Below, one piece after another: positions 11,940 to 23,575 of a stretch of DNA of 64,000 bases. Under the pieces are notes generated by a model that had not been told where the DNA came from, did no database searches, and saw only the letters and a program-made list of their open reading frames with translations. Every line of letters begins with the position of its first letter. The first letter of the stretch is position 1. The position numbers and the translations under genes were made by a program. This DNA is from Octopus bimaculoides (lineage: Eukaryota), in assembly GCF_001194135.2 (NCBI RefSeq), contig NC_068981.1:57101072-57165071 (forward strand), given 5' to 3'.

Positions 11940-12500
11940 TGGCACCAGCACTAGTGAGGTCACCAAGTAACTCACAAGACAAGATCCCTTGGCAGGGTGA
12001 GGGTGCTGAGTTGGGAGAGGTGACTTTGTGTCAGGTGTTGAGAGGCTGAAGCATGATTGAGGGGTCAGGAGCAGGTGTCTTGCTGTAGAGGAGATACATG
12101 GCTACCTCAACTAGAAAGGGAGAAAGGATGGTGGAAACGAAATGTCAGAACACACACTCAAGATGAAGATAGAAGTGAATGCAGTGAATGATGTACATGG
12201 ATAGAAGTGTGGACAATGGTGACTCTCAGTTTGGAGGAATGTAAGGAAAATAGGAGTGGGTCAGGAGGGAGGAGATAACAGAAGGTAATATCTAAAAGTG
12301 GGTTAGATAGATGAGAATTAGGGAAATGATATGCAGTATGGTGGGGAGAGGAGGGACACATTGACAGAGACATAGCTCAGAGGCATGTAGGGTGGATACA
12401 GTAGGTTACAATATATTCGTGGGAGTTGTTGGCAGACATGAGAAGGTATTCAGGGGAAAGAGGAGTCAGTATAAATATAGTGACAAGAATGGTGGGGTGC
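11940..12500. mobile_element. Purine-rich old interspersed repeat (related sequence at 57465-57860)
   Basis: Shared CTAGTGAGG...GGTGACTTT.TG...GGTGTTGAGAG...GAGATACA.GGCTA blocks with the 57.5-kb region. Confidence 0.5.
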
Positions 12501-12529
12501 TGGGGGTGCAAGATGTGTGGCAAGGGAAG

Positions 12530-12641
12530 TGGTTCCAAAGAGATGGATTATTCCACATGATATTTTAGGCATCTTGGTGGTAATTCCTGATGGACCAAGG
12601 GCTTTCCCAGTCTTCATATCCTTAATTGCTCCATCTATCAT
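12530..12641 (-). mobile_element. LINE RT N-terminal (domain 0) fragment
   Basis: Translation IDGAIKDMKTGKALGPSGIT matches the K(A/S)PGPxG motif preceding non-LTR RT. Confidence 0.65.
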
Positions 12642-13299
12642 ATCGCTGGTATGTGCATATATTTATATACATACATACATATGTGTTTGTATATATATAN
12701 NNNNNNNNNNNNNNNNNNNNNNNNNNNNNNNNNNNNNNNNNNNNNNNNNNNNNNNNNNNNNNNNNNNNNNNNNNNNNNNNNNNNNNNNNNNNNNNNNNNN
12801 NNNNNNNNNNNNNNNNNNNNNNNNNNNNNNNNNNNNNNNNNNNNNNNNNNNAGAGAGAGAGAGAGATTCATATATACACACACATACATATACAAATATA
12901 TGTATATTAATAAATATGTTTGTGTATTGGTGTGTATATAATTATCCCTATATTACAGAAGTAATGCATTCCCGAAAAATTTGCTGTAACATTTAATCCT
13001 GTAAAACTCAGATTTATCTTCCCATTGAAATGATATTGCATTCTGATGGGATTTTTCAAAGGTGGAAAAAAAAAAAGCCACCACTTTTATACATGGAAAT
13101 AACAACTTCTAAACACTCGTAGTACAATAGGAATACAAAAAAAAAATGTGAAAAGATATGAATAAGGAAATAAATTGGAATCATATTGTAAGAGGGTCAT
13201 TCCTATCACATATGATGTTGACCACTATATGAGGGGTGGTGCCGGAATAAGAGTTCTGAGAGGATGGGAGGCATTATTTTTTGATGTAGTTAGTTCATC

Positions 13300-14292
13300 A
13301 TCAGCAGCAGCAATTATTTGAAGGGCAAAGAACTTACCCAAAGTTGTTTGATATGTATGGTGTGTCATCTCTTTATACAGCTTAGTGTAGGAATTAAACT
13401 CCTTATAAACACTTCTTGCAATGTTATGTTTATGTTGTGTTCACAAATATGGTTATTCTCAGCAAAACTTGCAGACCTTTCTTTAATAGTGCCAAACATT
13501 TAGCAACACTCTTTACTGTCAATTTGTAGAATTTCTGTATTCATATCTGTATTTTCAGTTTGTTCTTGTTCTAACAACATCAGCTCCTTGTTAGCTAAAC
13601 TTTCTCTATGGAACACTGGCAACTCAACAACACCAACTTCTATGACTTCTTCAGACCCAAAGAAGCATCAGATGATTTTTGAAAGTTTTAAACTCTAATG
13701 CTGATTTTTGTTATTGAAAAAATAAAAGTTCTAGCAGACATAAGCTCCCAGAAAAGTGCAATTTCATCAACATTGTACACTTACTCTAATATATTACCCC
13801 TTTAGCAATTGATTTTTACAGCTGTTCAAGATAATTAGTAGCTGTGTCTGTATCAGCATTCACAGCTGACCAGTCATTTTTAGGTTGTGTAAATTCATGT
13901 ACTCCTTGAATATTTTAAACCAGACTTTTTAAGTCCCCAGTAAAGGCTTTAATTTAAATTTTCACCTTTCTTTTTCTGCAAATTGTCATACAAACTTTTG
14001 ACTTTTTAATTACCATCATACATAATTGACACAATATGTTGAATATGATCCTTTATCCACACACCTAAGACCCAACCCAGAGCATCACATTGGATCTCTG
14101 AATGAATAAAGGCCAAGCATAACAGAGTAATTCTTCAGCACTTGACTTAATTTTCTCTCTATTATCGCATACTAGTCCCAGGTTGCAAGCTTTAATGCTT
14201 TGACAATGTAACTGAAGTTTTTCTCTCACGTCAAGCCTTTTTAAAACATCAAGTTTAATATCCAGAGTAATTCCTTTGTGGTTCTTTTTCAC
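13300..14292 (-). pseudogene. Tigger/pogo (Tc1-mariner superfamily) transposase remnant, internally deleted
   Basis: N-terminal KKNHKGITLDIKLDVLKRLD..EK (psq/CENP-B HTH-like) ...NREKIKSSAE; in shifted frames LHNLKMTG, ADTDTA and VYNVDEIALF-like DDE start; then an acidic C-terminal part. Many stops and frameshifts. Confidence 0.8.
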
Positions 14293-14436
14293 ACTACTGC
14301 ATTCACTTCCAATTGTGAGGCATCTCTCCAGGTATCTTGAATTGTGGGAAAATCCATATATATATNNNNNNNNNNNNNNNNNNNNNNNNNNNNNNNNNNN
14401 NNNNNNNNNNNNNNNNNNNNNNNNNNNNNATCATTT

Positions 14437-14653
14437 GTCCCTTATTTCTTTCAGTCATTGGCTTGCAGCCATGCTGGGGTACCACCATAAATGGTTTAGG
14501 TGAACGAATCACCCCTTACTCCCTCCTAGTGCTTGTCTTTTTAAAGTCTGGTACTTATTTTATCAGTTGCTTTTGCTGAAGTGCTAAGTTACAGGAACAT
14601 AAACCAACCAACACTGACTGCCAAGCGGTGGGATGGGGACAAACACACACACA

Positions 14654-14695
<42 letters not shown>

Positions 14696-14955
14696 TGTGT
14701 GTGTATGTTTGTCTCTGCTAGCATGGAAAGCGGACGTTAAACGATAATATAAGATATAATAATGTAATATATTATTGATATATAATAGTAATGTATACAT
14801 AATATGACAGGTTTCTTTCAGCTTCCACCCATCAAGTCCACTCACAAAGTTTTGGTCAGCCTGAAGCTATAGTAGAAGATATTTGCCCAAGATGTCACGA
14901 AGTAGCACTGAACCCCAAACCATGTGATTGAGAAGGAAACTTCTTACCACACATG
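14437..14955 (-). mobile_element. Family A SINE with a 30-bp family B tail inserted at 14716-14745
   Basis: Reverse-complement tail, internal microsatellite and head; TGCTAGCATGGAAAGCGGACGTTAAACGAT interrupts the internal part. Confidence 0.8.
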
Positions 14956-15916
14956 CTTATATGTAATATATACATACGTGTGTATATATAGAGATATAGA
15001 TATTTGATGCAATGAGGCACATCTTGTCTCAGTACTTACTACCTGAGGCAAAATTAGCATTATAAAGTTCAATATGCCTAAAAGATATCTGGTTAATAAA
15101 TATGCAAACTGCTAAGTTCTTTTTGTACACGTATATGCACCCTTACAGTCCAGCATGCCATCTGTTTCTATGTCACTGGGCTCATTCTTTCCTCTTTGAC
15201 TCATAATTCCTGCTTCCTTCACTGCTTCATGATAAGTTGCACTCCAGGGAAGACTGCTGATTCCTTTGTCTTGTATAGTGTCATTGAAGCACACATACTC
15301 CCTGCAGTGATGGTCTCTGATTGCTATTTTTCACTTCCAGCAAGTAACTTTCTTTCCCTGGTTGGTCTCCCTTGGGGTTATGATAAATTGCTTCCTTACT
15401 GATCAACTATCCAGCCAAGAGTTATCAAAAAATGAGATGTGACCTAGATGTAGTAACACCCAACAGAAAATCTAAGAGTAAAAGTAGAGTATCTTTTTCC
15501 CCAGCTATATGTATATATGTATGATTGAATATAAATCTCCCTCTCTCTCTCTTTCTCAAAATATATATTTGTGTGTGTACATATTTTTATATGTATTATA
15601 TGTTTGTGTGTGTATGCACGCACACACATAGATAGATAGATAGATATTGAGGTCTATTTCTCCTGTTAGTTTTACAAAAAGTCTATACATACATACATTT
15701 ATATGTGTGTGTGTATGCATGTAGTTAGATTTTGAAGCCATCATCCATGCGGACACATTTCTCTCCTATGAAATCTTTTCAGTGTTCTGTAGTGATCGGT
15801 AGATAAAATTAGGGTATTTGGATGTGCCTCTAGGCTTCATCAGAGAGTTTAAAAGAAGGTCTCAAAGGTTCAGAGGGCTAATGTATGTATATACAAATAT
15901 ACATATACACACTCAT

Positions 15917-15951
<35 letters not shown>

Positions 15952-16035
15952 CATATGTACACACATACATAATAGAAATGAAAGGTATATGAAAGGAGAA
16001 ATATTTTTAAATAAAGTATATATATATATATATAT

Positions 16036-16190
16036 AGGCGCAGGAGTGGGCGTGCTTCCCAACCACATGGTTCTGGGTTCAGTCCCACTGTGTGACACCT
16101 TGGGCAAGTGTCTCCTACTATAGCCTCAGGCCGACCAAAGCCTTGTGAGTAGATGTGGTAGACTGAAACTGAAAGAAACCGGTCATATAT
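16036..16190 (+). mobile_element. Family A SINE head half (about 20-nt deletion after the A-box)
   Basis: GGCGCAGGAGTGGGCGTGCTTCCCAACCACATGG...GAAACTGAAAGAAACCGGTCATAT. Confidence 0.85.
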
Positions 16191-16193
16191 ATG

Positions 16194-16240
<47 letters not shown>

Positions 16241-16241
<1 letters not shown>

Positions 16242-16324
16242 CATACACACTCATGCCCGTCGTATATATATATATATATATAGATATATATATATATATA
16301 TATGACGGGTATGAGTGTGTATGT
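16241..16324. repeat. 21-bp inverted repeat enclosing a (TA)n spacer
   Basis: ACATACACACTCATGCCCGTC (16241-16261) and GACGGGTATGAGTGTGTATGT (16304-16324); one mismatch. Confidence 0.85.
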
Positions 16325-17736
16325 GTTTACACATGAATACATGTACATACTATTTGGGTATCAGCTTATATATAAGGATTGGTCTGCAAATGTAGCCATC
16401 ATTCATACATGACATATTTGTACTCTTTTCTAGTTTATTTCAACCTAATTATTATTGATTTAGTTTGGTATATATTTACTACATTTTATTCATTGAGTTA
16501 TTCATTTATATATATATATTAATATATTCATGTATTTATTATACTAGCAAGAATCTATGTATATTTAAATATTGGTATGTGGTTATGAAGTAGTTTTACA
16601 TGAGTGTGTTTTATTTAACATGAAATGACATTTGATTTTCTGTCTTCCTCTAATTTTGTAATATTATATTTCCTGGAGAAATTATTTTGACTGTTATGAA
16701 TCAAATTCATTCTAAATGTTGGAATCACAAAAATATATTTTAAAATAACCTAACTCAATGTCCAGATTCAAAATTTTCAGTTTCAGATGAGGTATTCAAG
16801 AAACAGCGCTTTCCTTGCTAAGACAGTAAATCTGTACATTAATTATAAAATACACACGCGTGTTTGTGTGTGTGTGTGTATACACATCAGAAGCAACTCC
16901 AGGTCATCAGCATCACTCTGGCTCATAACAGATTTTGTCACTAGGGCTCATCACAGATTTCACATAAGACACATACCTGCTTGAAGAATTTCACATTTTT
17001 CCACAATATTTGAAGCCCCAAATGGCTTATTTTTTATATCTAGCACTATGTCTTTCTCCATTTCTAAGTCTAGGGTAAAAATAAAGCAACCCTGCAAAAC
17101 ACAACTGATCTTTACACACAGTTGCACACAATAACAGCAATCAAATATCGACAGCGGAGTGCACAACAAACATCAGTGATCTGACAGTCGCCTGTACTTT
17201 TGACAAGAGATGCCAGTTAGTCTTTTGCACCTACTAGGCTTGTTCATATTAGCCCTAGTTGCTGGATAATTTTTAGTCCCCTTAAGAATATTGTAGAACG
17301 GAAACTTTTCATAGATTGGAATTTAAATCCTAATCGCTAGAGAAATTTATTGTTTCAAGAAAGCATTGAATTTGAATTACTTTAAATTTTTACGATTGTA
17401 GATAACAACTAGGGCTGTAACTTCGGAGCCAGAGTCAGGCGTGTGTGAACAATGTCAAGAGAATGTCTACTACAAACGAAATATTTTTTGACACAGAGCA
17501 CCTCTAAGACAACTGCCAGACACTGAACGAAAATAAATGACCTGTGACCAGGCTCAATAAAAGGAGCCTGATTTATTGGCTGCAATTACACACTTGAAGT
17601 CAGTGTTAGCAGAAATTAAATCAGCTTGCAAATATATGTTCACTTTACTAAATTTTTACTCGGGCTAAGCCCAAACAGCCCGAGTGCCGGAGTCGCCACT
17701 GATATACATATATATATATGTATGTATTTATTTATG

Positions 17737-17901
17737 CAGGCGTGACTGTGTGGTAAGAAGCTTGCTTCCCCACCACATGGTTCTAAGTTGAGTCCCACTA
17801 CATGGCACCTTGGGTAAGTGTCTTCTACTACAGCCTCAGGCTGACCAAAGCCTTGTGAGTGGATTTGATAGGCGGAAACTGAAAGAAGCCGTCATCATTT
17901 G

Positions 17902-17942
<41 letters not shown>

Positions 17943-18115
17943 CATATATTTATGTGTGTGTTTTTGACAACTGATGTTGGTGTGTTTACATACCTATAAC
18001 TTAGCAGTTCAGCAAAAGAGACTAATAGAATAAGTACTAGACTTTAAAAAAAAGTGCTACAGTTGATTTGTTCAACTATAACCCTTCAAGGCAGTGCTTC
18101 AGCATGACCACAGTA
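17737..18115 (+). mobile_element. Family A SINE, full length
   Basis: GCAGGCGTGACTGTGTGGTAAG head through CAGCATGACCACAGT tail. Confidence 0.85.
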
Positions 18116-18184
18116 AAATGAATATATATATAAGTCAGTAAATAGTGGGGTTGTGTTAACCGCACGTGGAGAAATAATAGGAAA

Positions 18185-18240
18185 ATGAAGTACAAAATGA
18201 AGAAAATAATATATGAAGTACAAAATGAAGAAAATAATAT
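18185..18240. repeat. 28-bp tandem duplication
   Basis: ATGAAGTACAAAATGAAGAAAATAATAT x2, followed by decaying A-rich units. Confidence 0.85.
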
Positions 18241-18293
18241 ATAAAAAAAAATAATATATAAAAAAAATAACTATACCAATACATTAAATTGTT

Positions 18294-18659
18294 TTTGAGC
18301 TTTTGAAGTTCAATGGTAGTTCATGCATATAATGGTTGGAAAAATAAGGATGCATGAGAATTGAGAGTTGTGTTAGGTTTAAAAAAAGGGTTAAAAGTTT
18401 GTGTTAAGCAGGAAGTGTGGTGTCAAAACAGGAAGTGTGTGTAAGGGGAGACAAATGTTTTTAGTTGAAAATGAGTTCATAACTCCAACTAAAAACATTT
18501 GTCTCCCCTTACACACACTTCCTGTTTTGACACCACACTTCCTGCTTAACACAAACTTTTAACCCTTTTTTTAAACCTAACACAACTCTCAATTCTCATG
18601 CATCCTTATTTTTCCAACCATTATATGCATGAACTACCATTGAACTTCAAAAGCTCAAA
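18294..18659. repeat. Perfect 174-bp-arm inverted duplication abutting an N-gap
   Basis: 18294-18467 is the reverse complement of 18486-18659; the centre is AAAAT-GAGTT-CAT-AACTC. Confidence 0.95.
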
Positions 18660-18817
18660 NNNNNNNNNNNNNNNNNNNNNNNNNNNNNNNNNNNNNNNNN
18701 NNNNNNNNNNNNNNNNNNNNNNNNNNNNNNNNNNNNNNNNNNNNNNNNNNNNNNNNNNNNNNNNNNNNNNNNNNNNNNNNNNNNNNNNNNNNNNNNNNNN
18801 NNNNNNNNNNNNNNNNN

Positions 18818-18862
<45 letters not shown>

Positions 18863-19089
18863 TGTACATCTAATTATAAAATATGCACATACAAGTGTGT
18901 GCAAAAAAATTATGTATATATGTATGTATATGTGTATGCATATATATATATATGTTATTCTAACATCTTTTTCCATGTTTGCATAGGTCTGACGGTATTC
19001 ATTTAGGTAGGTTTTCTGCCGCTGGATATATGTATAACATCACGTGATAGATGTAAATGAGTGTCACTGTCATGCTAGCAGCATCATTC

Positions 19090-19225
19090 ACTTCCAATAT
19101 TGTGCTAAAATATGTCTGATCATAGGAAAATAGACATTCGACCTAAAAAAAAACTGCCTCAATAAGTTCCATTTGACCCATGCAGACATAGAAAAATGGA
19201 TGTTAGAATGATGATAATGATTATA
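19090..19225 (+). mobile_element. Old RTE-tailed repeat fragment (similar at 36830-36990 and 61520-61700 plus; 57900-58140 minus)
   Basis: Shared ..ATGTCTGA..A.GGGAAA.AT... and CCATG/CATGCA..CAT.GAAAA.TGGA..TTA.AATGATGAT end. Confidence 0.5.
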
Positions 19226-20065
19226 GTAAAGCATATACATGCATACATAATCATAGTTATAGACTTTGAAAATACGGATGTATCTCTGTAAATATTTTTT
19301 CAAATATATCATCATCATCATCCCTTCAAAATAAATTTATTATGGGTATGAAATATACCATTTTTTATCTTTGCATATTTAAGCTATACATTTCATGTGA
19401 TTATTTATTTATTGACTCTTTTTGGCTTTATTCATTGTTAATTTTCTTTTTAATGTGATTTTGTTCGTTTCTCCTTGTGACATATACATGCTGTCAGTCT
19501 AAGAAGTGGTATCTTAATAGAGGAAGGCTGATGATATATGTTTAAATTCAAAAATGAACCAGCGCTGTTTTGCTTTAAGCAATGTCACCTTACTATGATA
19601 CAAAGTTGTGTGATTTATTGTACAATATCTGTTACATGAGACTCTTGGAGATACAAATTTTGCCTCTGGGTATTTATCTTCAAACTTTAGACATACAAGC
19701 CCAGTGTCTTACTTACTTGAATATTGATTTTCAACATTTAACTTAATTCACCTTAATGTATTTTATGCAGTTAAAAATGGATGAGAAATTGTCCCTATCT
19801 ACCTGTCCTTCCCCTCAGAGGGCCACAGCTGACTGCATGAATAGTTTTCCAGACTGCTAACCAAAGTCACCAAAGCAATTAGTATGCTGAGTCTAGAATC
19901 AATATGTTTAACTCTCAACAGTCCAACTTCCTATAAAACACTACAAACTGCTAATAACTAATGCAAACATTGTTATTAACAACAGTTTCATTATATCACA
20001 GAGTCAAACATTAAATCCTCTGGCTGAGGGTTTCTTTGAGAATAAGAGCTAGTATAGGATTTGTC

Positions 20066-20318
20066 TTAACCCTTTAGGTACTATCCCATCTTCACACTAT
20101 GTCTGTTTCTATTACACTCATCTTGTAAGGTTATAATGTTTATACATGAACCTAATCTTCCCATCATAATTTTTAGAAACATTTTGTCTTGACTTCCAAA
20201 CATTATTTCTGTAGAGAAAAAAAAAAATTATTTCCCTGTTTGCCTCAAAATTCTTATTTTCAAAATAAACTGTAACATATAAACCATGTATTATAAATAT
20301 TGGTGAACAAAGGGTTAA
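20066..20318 (-). mobile_element. piggyBac-like MITE, same family as 10870-11101, opposite orientation
   Basis: TTAA-CCCTTT...AAAGGG-TTAA ends; internal CTTCCCATCATAATTTT resembles the reverse complement of AAAATTTTGATGGAAG in the first copy. Confidence 0.65.
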
Positions 20319-20377
20319 ATACACTACATAAAGATATTTTGTTAGACATTGATAGCTATTCCAAAGAATTTTGCAAT

Positions 20378-20570
20378 CATTCATAGCCTTTCAATGTTCT
20401 CCAGCCAGTCACAGTCCTTCAGACAGTTTTCCAATTATTTAAAGTCCTCTGAGACTTTTCTAGTCATTTGTGGCCATTCAGGCAGTTTTTCTATCATTTG
20501 TGGCCCTTCAGGAAAAATATTATAATGATTCATAGCCCTTTGAACTTTTCCAGTCATCCATGGTTCCTCA
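20378..20570. repeat. Degenerate ~30-bp minisatellite
   Basis: About six units of the type TCATTTGTGGCCCTTCAG...TTTTCCAG / TTCATAGCCCTTT..CTTTTCCAG. Confidence 0.55.
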
Positions 20571-21107
20571 GATCAACAGCTAATGAGACGAAATCATTCT
20601 GTTCATAAAGCAACATTCAAACAGAACTGTATAAAAACATAGTTTTATAAGAAAAATAAACAACAAAAGCTATAAATAATCTAGCAAAATGGAATGGATA
20701 AAGTAGAACAATATGATAGCGAAGCAGGATTTGAACTCACAAGATACATACAGACACACACTTGTGTTTGTGTGTGTGTGTACACGCATTTGGATATGTA
20801 TGTAGCTTATAGCCTACATGCTTATATATATATAACTATAAACAGATATATGTGTGGATCAGTAATCAGGGGGGTCAGTAATAGGAGTGCTATTATAGCA
20901 TTCATTGTACCTTGGTCATTTTAAAGCTAAATGATCAGTCCCTCCCACTCCAGATTTGAACAATTTCTCCAATTTCTTACAGAGTAAAAGTGAGAGAAGA
21001 AAGAGTTCACCCTATACTTGGCTGGGTCAACCCTAAAAACATGAAAGGCAAATTGACCTTGGTATGGATTTAACCTCCTTGCTTTACTGGCTCTGCCCAT
21101 CCCACTT

Positions 21108-21168
<61 letters not shown>

Positions 21169-21374
21169 GCCTATGTTTATGTGTCTGTTGCATGTAGAAA
21201 TCATACCAAAAATTATATGAGCAAGGCAGTCTGTCACCCATCCATCTATGAGGAGGTTGAAGAAAGACTATATGAGTCCCTGGCAACTTGTCCAAAATAT
21301 AGAAGTATAGAAATGTAGGCATAAAATGAAAAAGAACGTGATCACAATGATTATATATTACACACATTTGTATA

Positions 21375-21570
<196 letters not shown>

Positions 21571-21574
21571 TCTC

Positions 21575-21752
21575 TTACTATCTGCTAACCAGTGTTGGCT
21601 TCTTTACATACCCATAACTTAGAGCAGTTCAGCAGAAAGAGAATAAGATTCAGACTTTAAAAAAATAAGTACTGAGGTCAATTTGATAAACTAAATGCTA
21701 CAAGGTGGATGCTTCAGCATGACTGCAGTCCAATGACTGAAACAAAATGAAA
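21575..21752 (+). mobile_element. Family A SINE 3' half
   Basis: CCAGTGTTGG...CCCATAACTTAG...TAAGTACTGAGGTCAATTTG...GCAGTCCAATGACTGAAAC. Confidence 0.75.
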
Positions 21753-22303
21753 GAATATATATATATATATTAAACTGAATAATTTGTGCACAGCTCATTT
21801 TCTTCATATTCAATCATATACAATTACATATACAAATACACACATTCACTCACATACGTACAACAAACACCACTCTTAATCAGGTAATTAACCTTACATA
21901 TTCACTGTCCATTAATAAACTTGTTTGTTTGTTACCATGGTAATTGCAAAATCTGATATTAAAATATATCCAAGAAGTAATTTAGTTATGATATTGAAAT
22001 ATCAGTCAATTTCCAAAATTTCATTTTCTTTTATAATAAGATTTAAATAAACTATTATTGTCATGCAATTTCTTCATAAATATATATATCTTCTTATGTT
22101 GTAAATGCCTCATATTCAGGCTATTTGTGTCTGCTTGTGTGTGTGTGTGCGTGCGTTGTATACTATGATCATTAATCTTGTAGTTGTGCAATTCTTGTTA
22201 AATTTTCACTGCATTTTTAACTTCACTTTCCAAGACTTTTATTGAAAACAAAATATGTTGTAACCCTAACCAATGTTGTTAAAATAGCCTATCTGTGTTG
22301 ATT

Positions 22304-23165
22304 ACAGGATCCGGAGAAAAGCCCTATAGTTAAAGTGTGAAAGTGGACAAAAGCCCCACAGTTATATATTTTGGTTATTTTTTCGGTTTTTTTTTTTCTT
22401 TTTTCTTGTTGCAGTCATTAGACTGCTGGGGTACCACCTTGAGAAGTTTTTAGTCAAATGTATTGACCCCAGAATTTTTTTTAGGTGATTTTCAGCCAGC
22501 CTAAAAGGTTTTGCCACATGCTAAAAATAACAGCCAAATCTTTAAAAAATTTTTTTTAGAATTTCATGTAAACAAAAACAGAAATTGCAGTTGCAAAAAA
22601 AAACCCTTTTATTTTCCAAAATTCCAATTTTCAAGTAAACAAAATATATTCAATCGAAAATAAATAAGTAGAAAAGAATAACAGAACACAAGACTCTTTA
22701 CTACTCAATGTACATATTGTCTGAATTCTAACAAAAGGGAAAGCATTTACTTCAAGATATGTGTACGTTTGAATGACTAGCCTTCAGTGCCATAATTCTG
22801 TTAGACTTTCAATGGCCAAGAAAGTTCAAAAGGTCAACTTGTTCTCATTAATCTGTAAGTGCTGAAAGAAGAAAACTTTAAATTTGAATTTAAAGAAGGC
22901 TTTAAATTTGAATTTTAAAACGCTGATTTTCCTTCGACTAAAAATTCTTCAAGTGCCCCAGCATGGCTGCAGTCTAATAACTGCAACAAGTAAAAATTTT
23001 AAAAATTCTGCCATTGTTCAGCTAAAAATTCTTCAAGATGGTGTCCCAGCATGGCTACAGTCTAATGACTGTAACAAGTAAAAGGTAAAAAAAAAACAAA
23101 AAAACAAAAGCAAAATATATATAACCTTGGGGGCTTTTGTCCAAAGGGCTTTTTGTCCTACACTT
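22304..23165. mobile_element. Candidate non-autonomous DNA element with subterminal GGACAAAAGCCC repeats in inverted orientation
   Basis: Left GGAGAAAAGCCC..GGACAAAAGCCCCACAGTTATATATTTT; the right side carries the reverse complement AAAATATATATAACCTTGGGGGCTTTTGTCC..GGGCTTTTTGTCC. Confidence 0.45.
22930..23090 (+). mobile_element. Tandemly duplicated SINE 3' tail modules
   Basis: AAAAATTCTTCAAG..CCCAGCATGGCT.CAGTCTAAT.ACTG.AACAAGTAAAA occurs twice. Confidence 0.75.
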
Positions 23166-23224
23166 GTTGATTATACAGGCAACTAGTACCATCACTGTTA
23201 TTTCAATAGTTACTTTTTATATTT

Positions 23225-23575
23225 TATTTGTTCCAATCATTAGACTGTGGCCATGCTGAAGCACCACCTTGGAGAATTTTAGTCGAACAAATTGACCTCA
23301 GTACTCATTATTTTTTGTAAAGCTTGGTACTTATTTTACTAGTTCCTTTTGCTGAACTGCCAAGTTACAGGGACATAAACTCAACAGCACCAGTTGTCAT
23401 ACACAAAGTCACACACGCTGATATATACAATGGGCTTCTTTCAGTTTCCATCAACCATATCCACTCACAAGGCTTTTGGTTGAGCCAAAGCTATAGAAGA
23501 CATTTACCCAGTGGGACTGAACCTGGAACCATGTAGTTTGGGAGTAAACTTCTTACTATATAGCCATGCCTACAC
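23225..23575 (-). mobile_element. Family A SINE
   Basis: Reverse-complement tail and head collinear with family A. Confidence 0.8.

Noticed and set aside
15112-15402. 60-68 aa ORFs on both strands
   Set aside because: No recognisable motif or convincing splice pair.
15820-15848. CTGATGAA-GCC-TAGA-GGC on minus
   Set aside because: Has a core-like 5' half and helix II, but GAAA is absent (ACATCC follows); at best a dead remnant.
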